This document shows positions 57,390 to 64,000 of a stretch of DNA of 64,000 nucleotides, piece after piece. The stretch lies in assembly GCF_024502345.1 (NCBI RefSeq), contig NZ_JALDNN010000001.1. One strand, 5' to 3'. The position numbers were made by a program, and so were the translations under genes. The DNA is from Escherichia coli (GTDB lineage: Bacteria > Pseudomonadota > Gammaproteobacteria > Enterobacterales > Enterobacteriaceae). A model generated the notes under the pieces. The model searched no databases. It was given only the letters and a program-made list of their open reading frames with translations, and was not told the origin of the DNA. The stretch's first letter is position 1, and each line of letters begins with the position of its first letter.

Positions 57390-57424
57390 AAAGCTGGCAT
57401 CTCTGTTAAACGGGTAACCTGACA

Positions 57425-57886
57425 ATGACTATTTGGGAAATAAGCGAGAAAGCCGATTACATCGCACAGCGGCATCGTCGCCTACAGGACCAGTGGCACA
57501 TCTACTGCAATTCGCTGGTTCAGGGGATCACGTTATCGAAAGCGCGCCTGCATCACGCCATGAGCTGCGCGCCGGACAAAGAACTCTGTTTCGTCCTTTT
57601 TGAACATTTTCGTATTTACGTCACCCTGGCGGATGGCTTTAACAGCCACACCATCGAGTATTACGTCGAAACAAAAGATGGCGAAGACAAACAGCGGATT
57701 GCGCAGGCGCAACTGAGCATTGACGGCATGATTGATGGCAAGGTCAACATCCGCGATCGCGAACAGGTTCTGGAACACTATCTCGAAAAAATCGCTGGCG
57801 TTTACGACAGCTTATACACCGCTATTGAAAACAATGTGCCGGTGAATTTAAGCCAACTGGTAAAGGGACAAAGCCCGGCAGCATGA
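57425..57886 (+). CDS. hycA: Formate hydrogenlyase regulatory protein HycA
   Basis: 153-aa ORF in conserved position. Confidence 0.92.
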   Translation: MTIWEISEKADYIAQRHRRLQDQWHIYCNSLVQGITLSKARLHHAMSCAPDKELCFVLFEHFRIYVTLADGFNSHTIEYYVETKDGEDKQRIAQAQLSIDGMIDGKVNIRDREQVLEHYLEKIAGVYDSLYTAIENNVPVNLSQLVKGQSPAA

Positions 57887-58010
57887 GCTGAGGCTTTGCC
57901 CGTTTTGCAGGCGTTACGCCTGTTTGGGGATGGGCGTGTCGATGAGTGTCGAAAATGACATTTCATCGGCATGTTTTCGTCAAAAATGACAATCACCTGA
58001 GGAATGCCTG

Positions 58011-58622
58011 GTGAATCGTTTTGTAATTGCTGACTCCACGCTCTGTATCGGCTGCCACACTTGTGAGGCCGCCTGTTCAGAGACGCATCGCCAGCACGGC
58101 CTGCAATCAATGCCGCGCCTGAGAGTGATGCTAAATGAAAAAGAATCTGCGCCGCAGCTCTGTCACCACTGTGAAGATGCACCCTGCGCGGTGGTCTGCC
58201 CGGTTAACGCCATCACCCGCGTTGATGGGGCCGTGCAGTTGAATGAAAGCCTGTGCGTAAGCTGCAAACTGTGCGGCATCGCCTGCCCGTTTGGCGCAAT
58301 TGAATTTTCCGGCAGCCGTCCGCTGGATATTCCGGCAAACGCCAATACCCCGAAAGCGCCACCGGCACCGCCTGCTCCGGCGCGTGTCAGCACATTGCTT
58401 GACTGGGTGCCAGGTATTCGCGCGATCGCCGTCAAATGTGACCTTTGTAGCTTTGATGAACAAGGTCCGGCCTGCGTGCGGATGTGCCCGACTAAAGCCC
58501 TGCATCTGGTGGATAACACCGATATCGCCCGCGTCAGCAAACGTAAGCGTGAGCTGACCTTTAACACGGACTTTGGCGATCTCACCTTGTTTCAGCAGGC
58601 TCAAAGTGGAGAGGCTAAATGA
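58011..58622 (+). CDS. hycB: Formate hydrogenlyase subunit 2, 4Fe-4S ferredoxin-type
   Basis: 203-aa ORF with multiple CxxCxxCxxxCP clusters. Confidence 0.95.
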   Translation: MNRFVIADSTLCIGCHTCEAACSETHRQHGLQSMPRLRVMLNEKESAPQLCHHCEDAPCAVVCPVNAITRVDGAVQLNESLCVSCKLCGIACPFGAIEFSGSRPLDIPANANTPKAPPAPPAPARVSTLLDWVPGIRAIAVKCDLCSFDEQGPACVRMCPTKALHLVDNTDIARVSKRKRELTFNTDFGDLTLFQQAQSGEAK

Positions 58623-60445
58623 GCGCAATTTCCCTGATCAATAGCGGCGTGGCGTGGTTTGTCGCCGCCGCTGTTCTGGCATTTCTCTTTTCTTTTCAAA
58701 AGGCGCTAAGCGGCTGGATAGCCGGAATTGGCGGCGCGGTTGGTAGTCTGTATACGGCAGCCGCGGGCTTCACTGTACTGACTGGCGCGGTTGGCGTGAG
58801 CGGTGCGCTGTCGCTGGTAAGCTACGATGTGCAAATCTCTCCGCTTAACGCGATTTGGCTGATTACGCTCGGTCTGTGCGGTCTGTTTGTCAGCCTCTAC
58901 AACATTGACTGGCATCGCCACGCGCAGGTGAAGTGCAACGGCTTGCAGATCAATATGTTGATGGCTGCCGCCGTCTGCGCCGTCATTGCCAGCAACCTCG
59001 GCATGTTCGTGGTAATGGCCGAAGTCATGGCCTTGTGTGCGGTGTTCCTCACCAGCAACAGCAAAGAGGGCAAACTGTGGTTTGCGCTGGGGCGTCTTGG
59101 CACTCTGCTGCTGGCGATTGCTTGCTGGCTGCTGTGGCAGCGTTACGGCACGCTGGATCTGCGCCTGCTGGATATGCGTATGCAACAGCTGCCGCTCGGT
59201 TCCGATATCTGGCTGCTCGGTGTGATTGGCTTTGGCCTGCTGGCCGGGATTATTCCGCTGCACGGCTGGGTGCCGCAGGCACATGCGAACGCCTCTGCGC
59301 CAGCTGCCGCGTTGTTTTCTACGGTAGTCATGAAAATTGGCCTGCTGGGCATTTTAACCCTGTCGCTGCTGGGCGGTAATGCACCGCTGTGGTGGGGGAT
59401 CGCGCTGCTGGTGCTCGGCATGATCACCGCGTTCGTCGGTGGTCTGTATGCGTTGATGGAACACAACATCCAGCGCCTGCTGGCTTACCACACCCTGGAA
59501 AATATCGGCATTATCCTGCTGGGGCTGGGCGCTGGCGTAACGGGTATCGCGCTCGAACAACCGGCGCTGATTGCCCTTGGTCTGGTCGGTGGTCTGTACC
59601 ATCTGCTTAACCATAGCCTGTTCAAAAGCGTACTGTTCCTCGGGGCGGGGAGCGTCTGGTTCCGTACCGGTCATCGCGATATCGAAAAACTCGGTGGTAT
59701 TGGCAAGAAAATGCCGGTTATCTCCATCGCCATGTTAGTCGGGCTGATGGCAATGGCTGCGCTGCCGCCACTGAACGGTTTTGCCGGGGAATGGGTTATC
59801 TATCAATCCTTTTTCAAACTGAGCAATAGTGGCGCGTTTGTTGCCCGTCTGCTGGGGCCGCTGCTCGCTGTGGGTCTGGCAATTACCGGTGCGCTGGCGG
59901 TGATGTGTATGGCGAAAGTCTATGGCGTCACGTTCCTCGGCGCGCCGCGTACCAAAGAAGCCGAAAACGCCTCCTGTGCACCGATCCTGATGAGCGTAAG
60001 CGTAGTGGCACTGGCGATTTGCTGCGTAATTGGCGGTGTTGCTGCGCCGTGGCTGCTGCCGATGCTCTCTGCTGCTGTACCTCTGCCTCTGGAGCCTGCT
60101 AACACCACCGTTTCTCAACCAATGATCACATTGCTGCTGATTGCCTGCCCGCTGCTGCCATTCATCATTATGGCGATTTGCAAAGGCGACCGCCTGCCGT
60201 CACGTTCCCGCGGTGCGGCCTGGGTGTGCGGCTACGACCATGAAAAATCAATGGTGATTACCGCTCACGGTTTTGCCATGCCGGTGAAACAGGCGTTTGC
60301 GCCAGTGCTGAAACTGCGCAAATGGCTGAATCCGGTGTCGCTGGTGCCGGGCTGGCAGTGCGAAGGTAGTGCGTTGCTGTTCCGCCGGATGGCGCTGGTT
60401 GAACTGGCGGTACTGGTGGTGATTATTGTTTCACGAGGAGCCTGA
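58619..60445 (+). CDS. hycC: Formate hydrogenlyase subunit 3 (membrane, NuoL/ND5-like)
   Basis: 608-aa polytopic membrane ORF. Confidence 0.95.
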   Translation: MSAISLINSGVAWFVAAAVLAFLFSFQKALSGWIAGIGGAVGSLYTAAAGFTVLTGAVGVSGALSLVSYDVQISPLNAIWLITLGLCGLFVSLYNIDWHRHAQVKCNGLQINMLMAAAVCAVIASNLGMFVVMAEVMALCAVFLTSNSKEGKLWFALGRLGTLLLAIACWLLWQRYGTLDLRLLDMRMQQLPLGSDIWLLGVIGFGLLAGIIPLHGWVPQAHANASAPAAALFSTVVMKIGLLGILTLSLLGGNAPLWWGIALLVLGMITAFVGGLYALMEHNIQRLLAYHTLENIGIILLGLGAGVTGIALEQPALIALGLVGGLYHLLNHSLFKSVLFLGAGSVWFRTGHRDIEKLGGIGKKMPVISIAMLVGLMAMAALPPLNGFAGEWVIYQSFFKLSNSGAFVARLLGPLLAVGLAITGALAVMCMAKVYGVTFLGAPRTKEAENASCAPILMSVSVVALAICCVIGGVAAPWLLPMLSAAVPLPLEPANTTVSQPMITLLLIACPLLPFIIMAICKGDRLPSRSRGAAWVCGYDHEKSMVITAHGFAMPVKQAFAPVLKLRKWLNPVSLVPGWQCEGSALLFRRMALVELAVLVVIIVSRGA

Positions 60446-60447
60446 GA

Positions 60448-61371
60448 ATGAGTGTTTTATATCCGTTAATTCAGGCGCTGGTGTTATTTGCCTTTGCGCC
60501 GCTGCTCTCCGGTATTACCCGCGTGGCGCGCGCCCGTCTGCATAACCGTCGTGGGCCGGGTGTGTTGCAGGAGTATCGTGACATTTTCAAACTGCTGGGC
60601 CGCCAGAGCGTTGGCCCGGATGCCTCCGGCTGGGTGTTCCGCCTGACGCCGTATGTGATGGTGGGCGTCATGCTGACTATCGCTACTGCGCTGCCGGTGG
60701 TGACCGTCGGTTCTCCGCTGCCGCAACTGGGTGATTTAATCACCTTACTGTATCTCTTTGCCATCGCGCGTTTCTTCTTTGCCATTTCTGGTCTGGATAC
60801 CGGTAGCCCGTTTACCGCTATCGGCGCGAGCCGTGAAGCGATGCTTGGCGTGCTGGTCGAACCGATGCTTCTGCTTGGTCTGTGGGTTGCCGCACAGGTT
60901 GCCGGTTCCACCAACATCAGCAACATCACCGACACCGTTTATCACTGGCCGCTGAGCCAGAGCATCCCGCTGGTACTGGCGCATTGTGCCTGTGCGTTCG
61001 CCACCTTTATCGAAATGGGCAAACTGCCGTTCGACCTGGCGGAAGCCGAGCAGGAGCTGCAGGAAGGCCCGCTCTCTGAATACAGCGGCAGCGGCTTTGG
61101 CGTCATGAAATGGGGTATCAGCCTGAAACAGCTGGTGGTGCTGCAGATGTTCGTCGGCGTATTTATCCCGTGGGGACAGATGGAAACCTTCACCGCCGGT
61201 GGGCTGCTGCTGGCGCTGGTGATTGCCATCGTCAAACTGGTCGTCGGCGTCCTGGTTATCGCGCTGTTCGAAAACAGCATGGCCCGTCTGCGTCTTGATA
61301 TTACTCCGCGCATTACCTGGGCTGGGTTTGGCTTTGCATTTTTAGCGTTCGTCTCCTTGCTGGCGGCGTGA
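60448..61371 (+). CDS. hycD: Formate hydrogenlyase subunit 4 (membrane, NuoH-like)
   Basis: 307-aa membrane ORF. Confidence 0.95.
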   Translation: MSVLYPLIQALVLFAFAPLLSGITRVARARLHNRRGPGVLQEYRDIFKLLGRQSVGPDASGWVFRLTPYVMVGVMLTIATALPVVTVGSPLPQLGDLITLLYLFAIARFFFAISGLDTGSPFTAIGASREAMLGVLVEPMLLLGLWVAAQVAGSTNISNITDTVYHWPLSQSIPLVLAHCACAFATFIEMGKLPFDLAEAEQELQEGPLSEYSGSGFGVMKWGISLKQLVVLQMFVGVFIPWGQMETFTAGGLLLALVIAIVKLVVGVLVIALFENSMARLRLDITPRITWAGFGFAFLAFVSLLAA

Positions 61372-61388
61372 TTAAAGAGAGTTTGAGC

Positions 61389-63098
61389 ATGTCTGAAGAA
61401 AAATTAGGTCAACATTATCTCGCCGCGCTGAATGAGGCATTTCCGGGCGTCGTGCTGGACCACGCCTGGCAGACCAAAGATCAGCTGACCGTGACCGTGA
61501 AGGTGAACTATCTGCCAGAAGTGGTGGAGTTTCTCTACTACAAACAGGGTGGCTGGCTGTCGGTGCTTTTTGGTAACGACGAACGCAAACTGAATGGTCA
61601 TTACGCCGTTTATTACGTGCTGTCGATGGAGAAGGGGACTAAGTGTTGGGTAACGGTGCGCGTCGAAGTTGACGCCAACAAACCGGAATATCCGTCCGTA
61701 ACGCCGCGCGTTCCGGCGGCGGTGTGGGGCGAGCGCGAAGTGCGCGATATGTACGGATTGATTCCGGTTGGTCTGCCGGATGAACGCCGTCTGGTGCTGC
61801 CGGATGACTGGCCGGATGAACTTTATCCGCTGCGTAAAGACAGCATGGATTATCGTCAGCGTCCGGCACCGACCACCGATGCTGAAACCTACGAGTTCAT
61901 CAACGAACTGGGCGACAAGAAAAACAACGTCGTGCCGATTGGTCCGCTGCACGTCACTTCTGACGAACCGGGCCACTTCCGTCTGTTCGTCGATGGCGAA
62001 AACATTATCGACGCCGACTACCGCCTGTTCTATGTCCATCGCGGCATGGAAAAACTGGCGGAAACCCGCATGGGTTATAACGAAGTGACCTTCCTCTCTG
62101 ACCGTGTGTGCGGGATCTGCGGCTTTGCTCACAGCACCGCCTACACCACGTCGGTGGAAAACGCGATGGGTATTCAGGTGCCAGAACGTGCGCAGATGAT
62201 CCGCGCCATTCTGCTGGAGGTGGAACGCCTGCACTCGCATCTGCTCAACCTCGGCCTCGTCTGCCACTTTACCGGCTTCGACTCCGGCTTTATGCAGTTC
62301 TTCCGCGTGCGTGAAACCTCCATGAAAATGGCAGAGATCCTTACCGGTGCGCGTAAAACCTACGGCCTGAACCTGATCGGCGGGATTCGTCGCGATCTGC
62401 TGAAAGATGACATGATCCAGACCCGCCAGCTGGCGCAACAGATGCGTCGTGAAGTGCAGGAGCTGGTGGATGTGCTGCTGAGCACACCGAACATGGAACA
62501 ACGCACCGTCGGCATTGGTCGTCTGGACCCGGAAATCGCCCGCGATTTCAGTAATGTCGGCCCGATGGTCCGTGCCAGCGGTCACGCCCGTGATACCCGT
62601 GCCGATCACCCGTTTGTCGGCTATGGCCTGCTGCCAATGGAAGTCCACAGCGAGCAGGGGTGCGACGTTATTTCCCGTCTGAAAGTGCGTATCAACGAAG
62701 TCTATACCGCGCTGAACATGATCGACTACGGTCTGGATAACCTGCCGGGTGGCCCACTGATGGTGGAAGGCTTTACCTACATTCCGCACCGCTTTGCGCT
62801 GGGCTTTGCCGAAGCGCCGCGCGGCGATGATATCCACTGGAGCATGACCGGCGACAACCAGAAGCTGTACCGCTGGCGCTGCCGTGCCGCGACCTACGCG
62901 AACTGGCCGACCCTGCGCTACATGCTGCGCGGCAACACCGTTTCCGATGCGCCGCTGATTATCGGTAGCCTGGACCCTTGCTACTCCTGTACCGACCGCA
63001 TGACCGTAGTCGATGTGCGTAAGAAGAAGAGCAAAGTGGTGCCGTACAAAGAACTCGAGCGCTACAGCATTGAGCGTAAAAACTCGCCGCTGAAATAA
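61389..63098 (+). CDS. hycE: Formate hydrogenlyase subunit 5, [NiFe] hydrogenase 3 large subunit
   Basis: start set at MSEEKLGQHYLAALNEAF; Ni-binding CxxC motifs (RVCGICGFAH; C-terminal DPCYSCTDR). Confidence 0.95.
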   Translation: MSEEKLGQHYLAALNEAFPGVVLDHAWQTKDQLTVTVKVNYLPEVVEFLYYKQGGWLSVLFGNDERKLNGHYAVYYVLSMEKGTKCWVTVRVEVDANKPEYPSVTPRVPAAVWGEREVRDMYGLIPVGLPDERRLVLPDDWPDELYPLRKDSMDYRQRPAPTTDAETYEFINELGDKKNNVVPIGPLHVTSDEPGHFRLFVDGENIIDADYRLFYVHRGMEKLAETRMGYNEVTFLSDRVCGICGFAHSTAYTTSVENAMGIQVPERAQMIRAILLEVERLHSHLLNLGLVCHFTGFDSGFMQFFRVRETSMKMAEILTGARKTYGLNLIGGIRRDLLKDDMIQTRQLAQQMRREVQELVDVLLSTPNMEQRTVGIGRLDPEIARDFSNVGPMVRASGHARDTRADHPFVGYGLLPMEVHSEQGCDVISRLKVRINEVYTALNMIDYGLDNLPGGPLMVEGFTYIPHRFALGFAEAPRGDDIHWSMTGDNQKLYRWRCRAATYANWPTLRYMLRGNTVSDAPLIIGSLDPCYSCTDRMTVVDVRKKKSKVVPYKELERYSIERKNSPLK

Positions 63099-63107
63099 GG
63101 AATCGCC

Positions 63108-63650
63108 ATGTTTACCTTTATCAAAAAAGTTATCAAAACCGGCACGGCGACCTCGTCTTATCCGCTGGAGCCGATTGCGGTTGATAAAAACTTCCGTGGT
63201 AAGCCAGAGCAGAACCCGCAGCAGTGCATCGGCTGCGCGGCCTGCGTCAATGCCTGCCCGTCAAACGCCTTAACGGTTGAAACTGACCTCGCCACAGGAG
63301 AGCTTGCGTGGGAGTTTAATCTCGGGCGTTGCATCTTCTGTGGACGCTGCGAAGAAGTTTGCCCGACGGCGGCGATCAAACTGTCGCAAGAGTACGAACT
63401 GGCGGTGTGGAAGAAAGAAGACTTCCTGCAACAGTCCCGCTTCGCGCTGTGCAACTGCCGCGTCTGCAATCGTCCTTTCGCCGTTCAGAAAGAGATCGAC
63501 TACGCCATTGCGCTGCTTAAGCACAACGGCGACAGCCGCGCGGAAAACCACCGCGAAAGCTTTGAGACTTGCCCGGAATGTAAGCGCCAGAAATGCCTGG
63601 TGCCGTCCGACCGTATTGAACTGACTCGCCATATGAAAGAGGCCATCTGA
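63108..63650 (+). CDS. hycF: Formate hydrogenlyase subunit 6 (2x 4Fe-4S)
   Basis: 180-aa ORF with CxxCxxCxxxCP motifs. Confidence 0.95.
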   Translation: MFTFIKKVIKTGTATSSYPLEPIAVDKNFRGKPEQNPQQCIGCAACVNACPSNALTVETDLATGELAWEFNLGRCIFCGRCEEVCPTAAIKLSQEYELAVWKKEDFLQQSRFALCNCRVCNRPFAVQKEIDYAIALLKHNGDSRAENHRESFETCPECKRQKCLVPSDRIELTRHMKEAI

Positions 63651-64000
63651 TGAGCAATTTATTAGGCCCCCGTGACGCCAACGGCATTCCGGTCCCGATG
63701 ACGGTGGATGAATCCATCGCCAGTATGAAGGCGTCGTTACTGAAAAAAATCAAACGCTCTGCCTACGTTTACCGCGTGGACTGCGGCGGCTGCAACGGCT
63801 GCGAAATCGAAATTTTCGCCACGCTTTCGCCGCTGTTTGATGCAGAACGCTTCGGCATTAAAGTCGTTCCTTCACCGCGTCATGCGGATATTTTACTGTT
63901 TACCGGCGCGGTCACCCGTGCAATGCGATCCCCTGCGCTGCGTGCGTGGCAGTCCGCGCCGGACCCGAAAATTTGTATCTCCTACGGTGCCTGCGGTAAC
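63650..64000 (+). CDS. hycG: Formate hydrogenlyase subunit 7, hydrogenase 3 small subunit (3' end outside window)
   Basis: ATG 63650 overlapping hycF stop; [22 protein letters not shown]...; ORF runs to window edge. Confidence 0.9.
   Translation, partial: MSNLLGPRDANGIPVPMTVDESIASMKASLLKKIKRSAYVYRVDCGGCNGCEIEIFATLSPLFDAERFGIKVVPSPRHADILLFTGAVTRAMRSPALRAWQSAPDPKICISYGACGN

Noticed and set aside
61404-62837. 477-aa minus-strand ORF antisense to hycE
   Set aside because: Lies entirely within and opposite the well-supported hycE gene; long antisense ORFs are common in GC-rich coding sequence and the translation shows no recognisable protein features.

Overview
Enterobacterial (Escherichia coli-like) chromosomal window, colinear with the K-12 cysJIH - iap - cysDNC - ispDF - rpoS - mutS - hyp/hyc region read in reverse orientation. 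Gene calls rest on reading the ORF translations against remembered protein families; no database search was run. Three accessory stretches stand out. (1) Between cysH and iap the type I-E CRISPR-Cas locus is reduced to a C-terminally short cas3, a leader and a 3-spacer array, with an intact hok-like toxin gene upstream. (2) The rpoS-mutS variable region carries a MarR regulator, an ecdBCD-like decarboxylase cluster (the UbiD-like gene is frameshifted) and the ygbN-ygbI/pphB block. (3) A roughly 20.7 kb horizontally acquired island sits between mutS and ygbA (about 29.97-50.67 kb). It looks like two tandem integrase-headed modules. The first has a P4-type integrase, a cargo gene split by a complete IS5, a Ner-headed operon of exported proteins, RadC and a CbtA-like toxin. 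The second has a second recombinase, AlpA, two large unknown proteins, and a tightly coupled four-gene operon: hsdM - hsdS - ABC-type ATPase - HNH nuclease, with no hsdR, followed by a Fic gene. That operon (a Septu-like ATPase/HNH pair apparently taking the place of HsdR) is my best candidate for an undescribed defence arrangement. The rest of the window is ordinary core genome (cys, isp, rpoS, mutS, fhlA, hyp, hyc). No tRNA or rRNA genes were seen.
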